From Octopus sinensis (taxonomy: Eukaryota): a stretch of DNA of 64,000 nt. The stretch's first letter is position 1; the number at the start of each line of letters is the position of its first letter. This document shows, piece by piece, positions 26,015 through 40,949 of this stretch. The notes beneath the pieces were generated by a model, which saw only the letters and a list, made by a program, of their open reading frames with translations, was not told where the DNA came from and searched no databases. The position numbers were made by a program, and so were the translations under genes. The stretch covers positions 57,474,001-57,538,000 of the forward strand of contig NC_043004.1 of the NCBI RefSeq assembly GCF_006345805.1, written 5' to 3'.

Positions 26015-27534
26015 CGATAATAACATGTACAAATTACCTTACCAAGAAGTTACAATGCAATCATAAAAGAAATACGTTAAGAGGAAAAGAATAAGCGGTT
26101 TAAAATTTTATATTATGTGATTTGAGCTACATTGTTTTTAAAATGTGACCTTTCCACATAGCTGTTAGTGATCTTTAAAATATTTTTTCACATTTAAAAA
26201 AAAAAAATTCTGAATTTATTATGCAGTTCTGAATGCGTTAAAAATATAAAATGTGTGTGCATTGTTTGAATAGCTGAGGTTCGCGAATGGACAGAGAAGG
26301 GGCACGAACAATAACACGGACAATTATGTCGTAACTAGCGATGTATTAAAATTCAATGGAGGTATTTTCAGAGTTTATTTTGAGCTTAGATCTATTTACT
26401 TAGATCTCAACTGCGGTGTATTTCTCTTGCAAGATACATAATAGCCGTCAACGTCATTTAAATAGGTTAAATGGAATGTTCTCGCGAGAATTAAATAGAT
26501 TAACATATTTTTCACTTTGTATCAACTTCCATTTCCTCTAACTGTATGAGACTTTTGCACACACTATCTGCAGCAGTGTCGTTGACTACGTCACATCCCA
26601 ATGCAAAGCATAAAATTTTCTTCACATAAAATGGATAGATTCGTCGTGTACTGGAATTCATTTAATGTGATAACTATAAGATAAGTGTAGTTTTCAATTC
26701 ATGTCATATAAGGATACTGGTCAAAATGTCGACCATCTATATAATCATGTCACTGTGTAGCAATTAAAATGTGATATACAATTTGCTTTCTTTTTTTATA
26801 CTGAGACAATATAAAATCATAATGGCAGCAAAGGGAATCTACATAAATACGAAATCTAGCCTCGGTTTCATTTTATATATGTGTTCAATTCTTGTAATTT
26901 GTTTCAGCACATTTTCACGGAAAGCAAATCTAATACCGACAACCTGTCCTCAATTATCTTGGAAAATAATAATTCAAGAGTCTAAGCTGGTTAAATAGTT
27001 TAGCTCAGAATATTCTGATGGCTTGCCTGATCTAGTACAATGTCAATCGATTAGGATAAACAGAACACATATCACTGGCGATTATAGATTTTAGTACTTT
27101 GTGCATCATTCCCTGACATCCTAATACTATAATACTGTTTTGTTTACATTGGTTGTCCATATATTTATTTAGATGAGAGATATTCTAACACTGTTTCGTT
27201 TGCACTCTTGTTTATAGTACAAGCAGGTCAAGTTTTACAAATTATTCAATATATAATACATCAGAACCTTTGAACAAATGGTTTGATTTACACCTTCACT
27301 CTTTCTAACATAGGGCAACAGAGTGTATACAAATATGAATTTCTGGAATGCTAATTGTATGTCAAACTCTGCCATCTTTGGGATCGTTGACTTGAACATA
27401 AATTCTACAGTAACGACAATATCACGAAATAGCTTTTCATAATTCTTTCACATAATTATCAAATCATGTTGGAAATTCACATGAACAATTATTACCAAAT
27501 AAAGACTAATCATCTGTATATATTCTTTTATTCT

Positions 27535-27950
27535 GTTATTCCTTTCAGCCATTTGACTGTGGCTATGCTGGAGCACCACATTAAAGGGTCTTAGTCGAAG
27601 AAATCGACCCAAAGACTAATTCTTTGTAAGCTTAGTACTTATTCTATCGATCTCTTTTGTCGAACCGCTAATTTACAGAGATGTGAACAGACAAGCACCA
27701 GTTGTCAAGCGATGGTGGTGGTGGTGGTGGGGGGTCAAATACTGACACAAAGATACACACCCACACACAAATACACACACACATATACGACGGGATTTAT
27801 TTAGTTTCCGTCTACCAAGTTCACTCACAAGGCTTTAGTCAGCCCGAGGCTGTTGTAGAAGATACTTGCACAAAGTGTCACGCTGTGGAACCGAACCTGG
27901 AACCAGGTAGTTGGAAAGCAAGCTTCTTACCACTCAGTCACGCCTGCTCC
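27535..27950 (-). mobile_element. SINE family A, full length and degenerate
   Basis: Tail, internal CA repeat and head all present in order on the minus strand. Confidence 0.8.
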
Positions 27951-28907
27951 TATATATATTTATTAAAATTCTTATCGTCCGTTAACGCCAATCTGTAAGA
28001 ATAATATTGCTAAGCATTTCATTATATTATTCGTTTTATTAATAATTTTTCTTGGGTTAAACATACACGTAGAAATATGCAACAGAGCACGAAATATTTC
28101 AATTCCAGATAGATGATGAAAGTAAGGCTTTTTCAAGAGGTTTGTGACCTCCATGTGAACTAATCGGGTGAATTGAAATGACAAGTTTGTGAGTTAATTT
28201 AGAAAGCGAAAATTAGAAGATTAGATGAATTAACATAAATGTAATTTACTAGCCACAAAACTGTTGATCGACACTTCATCAGATTGTATTACATTACCAA
28301 ATGACCGCATTCTAGGCGTGTAACTATTCTATTCTGCAATCATATGCAATAGATCAGACCTATACAAAGCAATGAGAAGAAATAAAACAATTGACAGTGA
28401 GAAAAACAACACTTCTGAAAGTTTATCAGAAAAGTTTATCTATAGAAGGAAGGAAATATGTTTTATTCATCATTATACGATAATACTCATCAACACTAGA
28501 AGCATCTGAGTAGTCGCCATGTTTTAGAGATTTATGGACATTGCTAATTTCTGTAATGTGTTATTCTTAGAGTAATTTAGATACACACACACACGTACGC
28601 ACGCGCAGACATACTTAAATACAGGCGTGAATAATTGTGTACATATGCACAGATAGAAAGACAAATAGAGAGAGATATATATAAATAAATTTTTGGCTAC
28701 CATTATAGAATTGTAGAGGAGTATCTAGAATCGCAATTGCCATTCTCTGTGGGCCACTGAGTAAGCTTTAAAGCATTTTACAGTTTTCATTATTGGATTT
28801 TTAATAGCTGTATGAAGGTAGTTTAGCGATGAAACAAGAGTAAATTGTCACGTTTAATAACACGCTCACTCACGCGCACATACATACAAAGACAGAGGAA
28901 GAGAGAA

Positions 28908-28940
<33 letters not shown>

Positions 28941-30017
28941 GTGTTTACGAAACTCAGAGTAGCATGGGTAGCCCGTTATACTCGGATCACATGCAGCTGT
29001 TTATGAATATTTGCAATGCTTGTGAAACATGATTATATGAATGGCATTTTTCAAAAATATCTTTAGCAAACTATAGTTTTTACACAGTTAAGTTGAAAAA
29101 TTGTTACACATACTTCTCCCCCACTCTCTTTCTCTCTGTATATATATATATATATATTATATATATATATATATCTTTCTCTGCATATCTCTTTCTCTTT
29201 CCCTTCTCTCACCTACACTCCAATTTTTATGACATTCATAGTTGTAATACATATTGCAATGCTGTACTCTGTTAGCATATTGATTTAGCAGTGATGAGAC
29301 TGATTTATAAAGAAAATTATTCCAAAAGGCCAGCTACAAAAATAATGTTACCCACTCGGCATACGGTACTTCCTGAAAACAAATACTTTTTACAATCGCA
29401 CAGAAGTCGAATTTTCAAGATACATTAGTGTAAAGGTAGTCAAGTTTGAAAGATCGTCGGGACGGTGCTTCATATTAGCATAGTAAAGATTATGCAATAA
29501 TATGGTAAATGTAAAATATGCTGATGAAAATCATATTTCGAATAACAAACTACTTAGAGCATAAATAAAACTTACAATGATGTTCACAAATTTTCTAGAC
29601 TTACTTAATATCTACAAATAGATAGCAATAATTTGACAGTCCCAGGAAGAGCCCACTCTTGCAGCAAACACATTGATTGCATATCAAATTCATAGTAATA
29701 AACTACAGTAAAAATATAAGTACATAAAATGTTTATAAACGAAATAGTATATAGCAACAGAACTATTTATAAAGAAACATTTTATAGATGACTGCATTAT
29801 TAAAAAATACAGCCACACAAAGCAATAATGAAAGTTTACTGATTGTGTCTATTTCCTACGCCAAGGAAAGAAAATTTATGGGAAAAATGCTCTGGAGTAT
29901 TGTATGAAATATTACTTTATGTCATTTTTACACCTTTGAAATATTTTATATCACAGCAAGTCATATTTTATTTATGGGATTCAACCACACGCACAGATAT
30001 ACACATAATATATATAC

Positions 30018-30092
<75 letters not shown>

Positions 30093-30810
30093 CATATATA
30101 TATATATATTATGCATATATATATATATATATATATATTATACATTATATATACATACACACACACAATATATATATACTTATGTGTATGTACACACACA
30201 CACACACACACACCACACACATATATATATATTTATATATATATATATTTATATATATAAATATATTAAAATATTTTTGTTAATGAGATAAAAAACCAAG
30301 GCTGTGTAGATTTTCGAACAAGCCTTGGTTTTTATTTCATTACGAAAATAATTTTTTATATACACACGCTGACATATCACCAGCGTTGAACCCCTTATTC
30401 GCATAATCACCGAACCTGGAACTTAACTCTGGTCTATCTATAGCACTTATTCAGCATTACCTGACATCTTTGCGTCTCAATGACACCATTACCTCTCATA
30501 ACATCCATATATATATAAGTATATATTTATATACGTATAGATATACACATACATACGTATGTATGTATGTATGTATGTATGTATGTACTCTTTTATTCTT
30601 TTACTCATTTAGGTATTTGATTGCGGCCATGCAGGAGCACCACCTTTAGTCGAACAAATCGACTCCAGGACTTATTCTTTGTAACCCTAGTACTTATTCT
30701 ATCGATCTCCTTTGCAGAATCGCTAAGTTACGGGGACGTAAACACACCAACATCGGTTGTCAAGCAATGGTAGGGGACAAACATATACATACAAATACAT
30801 ACATGTATTC

Positions 30811-30841
<31 letters not shown>

Positions 30842-30858
30842 CATAATATATATATATA

Positions 30859-30899
<41 letters not shown>

Positions 30900-31020
30900 C
30901 ATATAATATACATACATATATATATATACATATATATACATATATATAATACATATATTATACATACATATATATATATACATAATATATATATATATAT
31001 ATATCTAACAATATATATAC

Positions 31021-31052
<32 letters not shown>

Positions 31053-31059
31053 TTATATA

Positions 31060-31092
<33 letters not shown>

Positions 31093-31159
31093 GTATACTA
31101 TATATAACCTTATATATATAACTATATATATATAATATATATATATGTATATATATATA

Positions 31160-32064
31160 TACAAGATAAGAAAATGGAGAATACATCTAAATCAAATATC
31201 AATTACCAGATAATACTCAATCACATGCTTTATTAACCACCACATAAGAGACTGTAGGGTTAGATATAAAAAGCAGAACAAATCAGTGTACATAAAGGAA
31301 TGTGCATAAAAAAGTGTACATAAAAGAGTAATGTTGTATAATAAGTAGAATATATATAAAAGAGAATATAAATATAATTAAATATAAATATAAGTATAGA
31401 TTACATCTTACAGCTGTTTCGGCCATGTAGATGAGTATGTCTCATTTTACCAATATTAGCCTTTTGTGGTAGGTCAATATATAGATATAAATGAGATATT
31501 TACAAAAATATCATAAGGAAAATGAAGAGGCCTTATGATATTTTTGTAAATGTCTCATTTATATCTATATATATTGACCTACCATAAAAGGCTAATATTG
31601 GTAAAATGAGACATACTTATCTACATGGCCGAAACAGCTGTAAGATGTAATCTATACTTATATTTATAATTACTTATATTTATATGCTCTTTTATATATA
31701 TTCTACTTATTATACAACATTACTCTTTTATGTACACTTTTTTATGCACATTCCTTTATGTACACTGTTTTGTTCTGCTTTTTATGTCTAACCCTACATT
31801 CTCTTATGTGGTGGTTTAATAAAGTATGTGATTGAATATTATCTGGTAATTGATATTTGATTTAGATATATTTCTCCATTTTCTTATCTTGTATTAGTAA
31901 TTTGTGGTAAATCATTTTATCTTTGCCCATATAATACAGTAAATGAATTGATTGCATCGCAATCATTAACATTTATGTATTAACTTTGTTGGGTACTTCA
32001 CTAGCAGTATATTGGATATATGTTATCCCATGGAGGGTTGCATTTACAACCCCTATCTCAATTT
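31160..32064. mobile_element. PLE terminal-repeat remnant forming a long palindrome
   Basis: Arms 31160-31518 and 31531-31893 (about 95% identical by eye) with a 12-nt spacer. The plus copy continues to 32064 and shares 31903-32064 with 58361-58522. Confidence 0.85.
31522..31647 (+). ncRNA. Hammerhead with extended stem II, 5'-truncated at the palindrome centre
   Basis: aUGAAGA at 31522-31528, GGCC (31529-31532) pairing with GGCC (31627-31630), inner 10-bp helix ugucucauuu/aaaugagaca, GAAA, palindrome ACAGCUGU (31634-31641), GUA triplet. C3 and the 5' strand of stem I are missing. Confidence 0.7.
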
Positions 32065-32490
32065 GTATATATATATATATATATATACACGAAGGGCTTC
32101 TTTCAGTTTCCGTCTACCAAATCCACCCAGACAGCTTTAGCCAGCCTGAGGATATAGTAGAAGACACTTGCACACGGTACCACGCCGTGTGACTGAACCT
32201 AGAACCATGTGGTTGAGAAGCAAGCTTCTTACAACGCACCCACACCTGTGCCTATCCACGCACCTACATCCGTGCCTGTATATGTACACACAGACAGATA
32301 GACACACACAGACTACATAATAAAACGAATGGTTTACAGCGAGTAACTTATTGGTAAACACGATCACTTTCACAGTGATCGTTTTGTATATAGTAAATTA
32401 AAGACAGAAGATGGAATACACGAGAATTTATTATTAATCACGACAATGGTTTTGGCATATTTTCTACTACTACTACTACTACTACTACTA

Positions 32491-32521
<31 letters not shown>

Positions 32522-32888
32522 GCCCACGTATTAGATTTTCGCACGTTTGACGGTCGTGGCCAAAGTGGCGTTAATATAGGCTGGTCGTTTGTTGAATATA
32601 TCTTCGTTGACGAATAATCTAGATATTCTGGCCGAAATGTTATTAATTAGTACCCTAATGATAGACGGGGATGATTTGACCCAAAGTTTATGTATTATAG
32701 GCTTTCATTGGGTTTCTAAAATGGTTCGTGCAGCCTAGTATCTAAGACATTTAACCTACGATATTCGTTGTCTATGGTTATTAAGTGTCCGAAGCTTTTA
32801 AAAAAAATATTTTTGTTGTTTTTCTCATTGTACCTTACTGCATTTACTTATGAAGAATGACGCGTCATCCCCGTATAGATCTACTGTA

Positions 32889-32940
<52 letters not shown>

Positions 32941-33086
32941 CTATGTTTCCTTATTCTCTCACAAAGTAACAGTGCACCTGGGTCTATATATAAGTCACTT
33001 GCCGAAGAAGCAACACACTGGGGCTGAACTGATGGTTACATGCAGGGCAACACATGCACACACACACACGCATATATATATAATAT

Positions 33087-33145
<59 letters not shown>

Positions 33146-33306
33146 CATGTGTATGCATATAAATATCTATATATAATTCTTTTTGGGATTTGGTTTGCAA
33201 GATTCTTTATATGAGTTCGTGTGTTAAGCATATTCTGTTGTGTTTACCGGTGAGTGGTGTAAAATAATAAGGCACTAAAAGAGAATGACTCTCTCCAGAC
33301 ACAACA

Positions 33307-33371
<65 letters not shown>

Positions 33372-35577
33372 ATCATTTAATATAGTAAGAAAGTGTTCAT
33401 GCTGTTTAACAACCCAGGACAGCCCTGGTCAAATAAGTTTCTCAAAAATCACAATCAGGTGTTCTATTTCCGGTCGATTGGCTGTGGTTTCTAGTAGATA
33501 GAATAATGGCGTAGGAGTTCTTTAAATGCAAGTTACTATGGTGAACACACTGTTGCTAGAAGAGAAACTTTTACTATGCTGTTGCTATTTCTCTATGTTG
33601 ACTGTATTACCGTAGGTTGCTACAATGAGCAAAATATTGTATTTCTTTCATTGTTTTTGTGTTTGCTTCCCTCTGAAGTCTCTCTGGAGAGCAGTGTCCT
33701 TCACGCTCTACAGTGCTTCTGATCCTTGTGGTGGGTAATCTCAAATCGAAGACCTACTTGAAACAAAATAGGTTTTATAAGGTATGACGATGGAATTTGA
33801 ACTCATTTCACTAACAGTTGGAACAAATACTGCAAGGCACTTTTCCGACATACATGTTGTCCAGCAAATCTCTTGACATAGATCCATTTCGTCATCGATA
33901 CCAAATGCTTGAAACTGATCTCGGTGCGATTTCAATTCAAGGCGGTGAATGCCAAAACAAATCCTGCGAGGTAGTCTCTCCGAAGCTCAAGCGACAGTAC
34001 AAATTCGTCGCCTACAGTTTCTGTTGTTTGTGGTTAACCTTAGTCTGTTCCAATCGGATGATTTGTTCATGCATATCCAGTATTTTCTGGCAGGCATTAT
34101 TCATAATATCATTCTGTTCATTATTTTCAAGGCGGCAGGTTTTGATTTTTGGGAGATTTAATTATATTCATAGTATCGTGCTCCTATAAATTCTTTCAAA
34201 GTAAAGGGAACACTGGTGTATATTCCTGTGAATAACAAAATATTGCCATTCATTGCTATGAGAAAAACTGAATGACTACATATTACAGTAGGGTGCCGAG
34301 TCGTTAATGTCAACATTAAAAACAATGTTACAGAATTTAACGGCATGCTATAAAAAGGATGCAAGTTTACTGTAGCTTGGATTTGTGAAAAGAGAATTAA
34401 CAGACGTAACTATGTGCAGTGAGCGCTGTTGACTGTTGCAGTCGGGGAAATGAACTACTTTATAAGGATGTATTCACTACGCAGTACTTGTTTAGATTTC
34501 AATACAAAACACAGCATTGCTAAATATTGTTCTTGTATACCATTATTAAAAGCAAGGCATTGTATACACGCACACTCATACACACACACATATCCTCACT
34601 ATATGTATGAATATTAAAATACTTACGTACATTAAACACAAGTATGCACACATATATATCATATATGTCTGTATAATATTCATATGTGTGTATGTGTGCA
34701 ACTATGTGTGCATGTATAGAAATGCAATATATATATATAAATATATATATATATGTGTATATATATGTGTATATGTATACATATATATATGTATATATAT
34801 ATACATATATATATGTGTATATATACATATATATATATGTGTATATATGTATATATATATATATATTATATACATATACCTACATACATACATATATATA
34901 TATTACATACGTGGGAAATTCTGTCTGTGCGTGTGTTTGTGGAGTTGTTAGCTAACTGCTCCTACATCGTTTTATCGATTTTGATGAAGCTTGACACTTG
35001 ACTAGAATCCTTGTCTGGAAACCTCATGGCATACTCAGAATGTTGAGAAAGTCGATAATACAGCCTCTGGAAGGGATCCTTATACACAGCCAAGGGAAAT
35101 AACCCATTCATTTTCATAAATTATTTGGTGAAAATGAAATTGTGTACGATTATTTCTTAGTATTTGAACTTTTAGAGTTATTATCACAATTATCCAGTAC
35201 AACCCTTAAACAAGTAAATAGTATTTTCCTAAACATTAGATATGTTCTCTGGAAACACGCAAAAGCCCTTGTCGGGGCTACTTTATTTGAATTCTTACTA
35301 TCGGGTAACTAATTTCATGTTATTACATAATTGACTTCACAATTGGAGTATTCGTTACTTATTGGGAATTCCTAAAAATAAGATCCTGTGTAAGACATTT
35401 CGGTATTCTCTGTAAATGCTCAAAATCCGTTTTAGGGGCTACATACTTTGTATTGTTATGGATTAGAGAAACAATTTTGAAAACGGGTCTAAGAGATAAA
35501 TCCAGCTTTCCCGGGAATTACCGAGTACGTCAGCTAGTATATACATATGTACGCACACAAACATACACACACATGTT

Positions 35578-35635
<58 letters not shown>

Positions 35636-36212
35636 TATATATCGCCTTCAACTGTGACTATAAAATTGTAACTACCTTGTCTGATGCACCCGTCTTTTTT
35701 AAGATAAAAGTGATTTGAAGACACTTTGGAAGCTAACTGTTAAACTCGGGCTGCACATACACTTCCTTTTGGGCTCGACTATTTAAAGTTAATTGACAAT
35801 GCGAAACGAAACTATTAGTTAACGTTGTTCATATGTATCTAGTAGATAGACTTGGCCGAAAGTTGCCTTACCCATCGAAAATACACCATTTTCACGCTTC
35901 TTAAAAACCATACACTCAGACACACACAATATTGTTACATTTTTCTAAACTCATCACGGTTAACATAATTTGGCGTACGAACTAAACAGCCATCTATAAC
36001 TATATTTACAACCATTCCACTAGAAACTGTCGAAGTGTGCAGCTCCTAACTGTTGTTATACCAAAATCAGAACTTCTGATGACAGTTGTCTATAGAAGGA
36101 GAATGTAAAAACCGATAAAAGTAAAGCTGCAATTTTCATTTTATTGCTTTTCTAATAGTGATATCAAGTAAAGTAATTTAAAATAGAATGAAATATATAA
36201 ACAAGTCAAATT

Positions 36213-36254
<42 letters not shown>

Positions 36255-38827
36255 ATATATGCATATATACATGCATGCATACATAAATGCACACACATAT
36301 ATATATACACACACACACATATAGACTGAGAAAGTGTATCAACAATGCAGTCAAATTACACTGGGAGAAATAATGTTAGTGAAAAATTGCGAAATAAATT
36401 CACTTATACAAATATACGTACGTACGTACGTAGGTATATACATACATACATACATGCATACACGTACTCATACACACACACACACACTCACGTACATATA
36501 TAGCTATATACAAGCATAAAACTCAGGCTGTGACACATCTATCCATCACTTACACAAATAATTATGGAAAAATTCTTCGTAAGGTAAAATTAAATTAAGA
36601 TAGAATAAAATAAACGAAATAATCGATAAATTGATCTACTGATTGAGTTTTATATTTAAAAAAAATACCACAAACAACAATAAAAATATAAACTAATCCA
36701 AAGACGATCAGCATGAGTAAAAGTCTAACAAATATAGTTAAAATAGTTACTGAAGGAAAGTATTAATAAGTGTGTTATAACACACTTGGTACAGCGAGAG
36801 GCAGTTGCTGTAACGACAACAACACTAACAACATTATAGGAATCAGTTGGCAACAGTGAAAGAATAGGAGCTAATATATAAAAGCAGATGTAAAACAAAA
36901 AATACAAAAAACGTATAAAAATTACCAAGAAAGGGAATGTAAGAAACAAAAGAAATAAAATCGAAAAATATTATATCAATAAAATATATATTAACAGCAC
37001 TATGAGCTAGAAAATGTAAATTGCAAAAAATTAAGATAACAATAATGACAAAACGTATTGAACAGTCATCTCCACAGCAGTGAAAGAAACCACCAACAAA
37101 AGAAAATCAAAAAAGAAAATCAAGCACTGAAAATGGCATGGCAGAAAAAATAAGAAGGGCTGGGAAGTTATTAATTCCTGGTTTCTGTCTTTAAGATGTT
37201 TCCCAAGAATGTATTTCCAAATCCAGTTTCAACTTTTTAAATACATCCAACACGAGAAAATGAATAACGACATTAGCTAAAAACATAAAAATATAAATTC
37301 TCTTATGTTCTTTCTTTGTTGTTTTTATTGTTCTTCCTGTTGGTACAGTATTCCATGAAAGAAGTAAATAAGTAAAGAAGAATGATCGACGACTTAACCG
37401 ATCTTCAGAATAAAAGTATTAGTTCAAACAACAAAACGGTTACTTAAATGTCAGCTGAAGTAACAAGACAATTGCAGCTGTAATAAAACAAATAGTTGAA
37501 TTCGTAAAGAAAATTCTTCCGATAAATTCCTTTAACCACTGGCCCATTAAGCAAACATGGCTTCACTTTAATAGGATTATAGTTTGACTAGGAGGGTTTC
37601 TACTAGCTAATTGGCCTTTAGTAACTATACTGCTATTCTAAGTCTTGTACCCTGACGACTGATGAAGAATTAGGAACTAAGAGTAGGCAATGCATAGTTA
37701 AATTGTCGAAGACACTTGGACTACTGCTAACTGAAATATATATTATTCCACTTCTTTATTACTGTTAGTCATTTGATTAATGATTTAACCAATTAACAAA
37801 TCGAGTGTTTGAATAATCGTCAATCAGCTAAGTTCTCTAAATTCTCGACATCATCAATGACATGAAGCAAACCTAGAGCAGAGAAGCCATATCATTGAGG
37901 ATATTGTGACGACGATGAAAGAGCTTAAATAAACCTAGCTGATTGTTTGATCGAGTTAACAATCAATGAATGAAACAATCGATTAGTTAATTAGGTACAT
38001 GGCTAAACATTTGACAAATAAGGATACAGAAGTGATAGAGAATCAGTGCGGGTGTTTATTATTGGCATAATGACCTTTTGTAGATATTATCAAATATGTT
38101 TCAAAACACGATTATACATTAAAAGTCCTACAAACCACGCACAAAAAAGAAATGAGCTGAAACACATATTAAACTGTTGAAAGTATAGCCACTTTACAGT
38201 CTGTCTTATTAGGCTACTTCATAACATGACATATACGGTGAGAGAATGTGGCAGACAAGTTTACTGTAGCTTTGCTTCATTGCCATATAAAAATCAATCT
38301 CTCTGTCTGCATGTCTTCATATAAAATACACACATACACACACACACATATACATTTATATAATTTCATTATTATATATAGTAGTCTATACGTATCAAAC
38401 TCTGAAGCTATTTTCATTAAGAGTATCAAAGAAAATGAGTTATATTTTGTCAATACATTTTTTTAAGAGGTCTATTTCGATGGCTTTTGGATGAGATATA
38501 TGTGAGAGATATGATATATACTTTTATAATGTATGAGCAGCATAATTACTAAATCGATACCTTTTGTTAGTGAAGATTCGAAGAGACATGATAATATGAA
38601 GGAAAAAGTAAATAAAACGAACAGTAAATGTAAGCGAAAATAAAAAGAAAAATATTTCTTGAACAAAGATCAACAGAAGGCTAATTAAAGTATGGAATAT
38701 ATTCTATGGCTTTCATGATTGTATCAGATAATGAAGCGGATATATATAAATAAATAAATATATATATCCATATATTTTGTGTGCGCGCGCGCATGTATGT
38801 GTACAAAAACACGTATGCATTTGTTAC

Positions 38828-38889
<62 letters not shown>

Positions 38890-38899
38890 TATATAAGCG

Positions 38900-38948
<49 letters not shown>

Positions 38949-39072
38949 TATACTTATATATACATATAATTACATATATATGTATACACACATATATATA
39001 ATATATATATAGATATATATATATAATTACATATATATGTATACACATATGTACATACATATATATATAACT

Positions 39073-39105
<33 letters not shown>

Positions 39106-39187
39106 TTATGTATAAATAATGTATGTATATGCATATATATATATATACATATATATATACATATACATACATACATACATACATACA

Positions 39188-39223
<36 letters not shown>

Positions 39224-39235
39224 TATAATATATAT

Positions 39236-39307
<72 letters not shown>

Positions 39308-40299
39308 CACTGCCGCCACGTTTATCCAAGCAAATATACAATGCATAATGTGAAATAGATAAAAAGGAAGACAGAGAGAGTTACACAGTCAAAGACAAGT
39401 ACATCTACAAAGTAATTGAACACAGTCTAATTTTGCTTTTACTAAAATAGCAAGAGTTGACGTAGATTCAATTAAATTATCCAAGATAAAAGCTTTCATT
39501 ACGAGAAATTTCACTGTTCGTTAATTGCCCATGAACGTTCTTTAGAGCAGAAATGCTATGACAGTGTAGAAGCATGTTACATATGTTATTCCATTTTGCT
39601 TCTATTTGTCTTTTAAGTATATTCTCGATAACATTCTGAATATCTGTACTTTTATTATTCCCCAAAGCTTTCTCCGTCGCAACGGGATATATGAAACAGC
39701 TTTCCTTTGGAGAAATTCCACTATCAAATCATTAGTGGCTAAAGCATATATAAATTACACTTACTCTTAGAATATTTTTAAGCTTTTGATTCGACAGAAA
39801 TAAATATGGTTCGTATTATGTAGAATCTATTCTGTTTCATCTCAAACAGCAGGATAGAGAGTAAGTATATACATACACGCACACACACACACACACACAC
39901 ACATCGATAATTAGATAGATATTGCGGTTTCAAATCTTGTTGCAAGGCCAGAAATTTCGGTGAGGGGAGAAACCTGATTACCTCGACACCAGCGCTCAAC
40001 ATAAATATATACAGATAGATATATATATATTTATATACACACATATATATATATATATGTATATACATATATATATATATGTATATACATATATATATAT
40101 ACATACATATATATATACATACATACATATACATACATATATATATATATATATACATACATATACATACATACATACATACATATACATACATATATAT
40201 ATACATACATACATATATATATACATACATATATATATATAGATACATATATATCTATACACACACACATACATACATACATACATACATACATACATA

Positions 40300-40331
<32 letters not shown>

Positions 40332-40543
40332 TGATAGTTAGATAGTTATAGTGGTTTCAAATATTGTCGCAAGGCCCGAAATTTCGGGGAGGGTGAGAAA
40401 GTTGATTACATTGACCCCAGTGCTCAATAGATATATATATACATATATATATATGTATATACATATATATAAATACACATATATATATATGTATATATAT
40501 ATATATATGTATGTATGTATACACACACACACACACACACACA

Positions 40544-40612
<69 letters not shown>

Positions 40613-40852
40613 TGAAGTATATTTGCCTCCTAAATGTGGCTGACCCATATGGGACGATGATACTATAGCTTATAGTCCCAGGAAGACATGACATCTCCTC
40701 CACCTGGCTAACGACACACAATCTATGCCTGATCAGTATTTGCGAAGGAAAATCATCATTCCCACCTCTAGACTGACATGATACATACAGACCCGGGTTT
40801 CTGGATTATTCCATACTTTTTATACGGAACAAATTTATTATTCTTAGGCAAG

Positions 40853-40949
40853 AATGTTGTTGATAGTAACTTTGCAGTTTCACCCAGCTAAGCTATCGTC
40901 TGATGATGACTAATCTTGGCGAAACTTCGAAGTCCATGTCAACAACATT
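40853..40949 (+). ncRNA. Hammerhead-like motif
   Basis: CUGAUGA at 40900-40906, imperfect stem II GAC...GGC, GAAA at 40921-40924, perfect 10-nt palindrome ACUUCGAAGU, GUC triplet. A distal 12-bp helix pairs 40853-40864 with 40938-40949. Proximal stem I does not pair. Confidence 0.5.

Larger units (their letters stand above)
30586..32262 (-). mobile_element. SINE family A split in two (3' half 30586-30780, 5' half 32090-32262) by a PLE insertion into its internal microsatellite
   Basis: The two halves are colinear and complementary, each running into TA repeats where intact copies have their internal microsatellite. Confidence 0.7.

Noticed and set aside
37632-37715. CUGACGA and CUGAUGA cores in tandem
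   Set aside because: No convincing stem II partner, GAAG instead of GAAA, and no palindrome or stem I.
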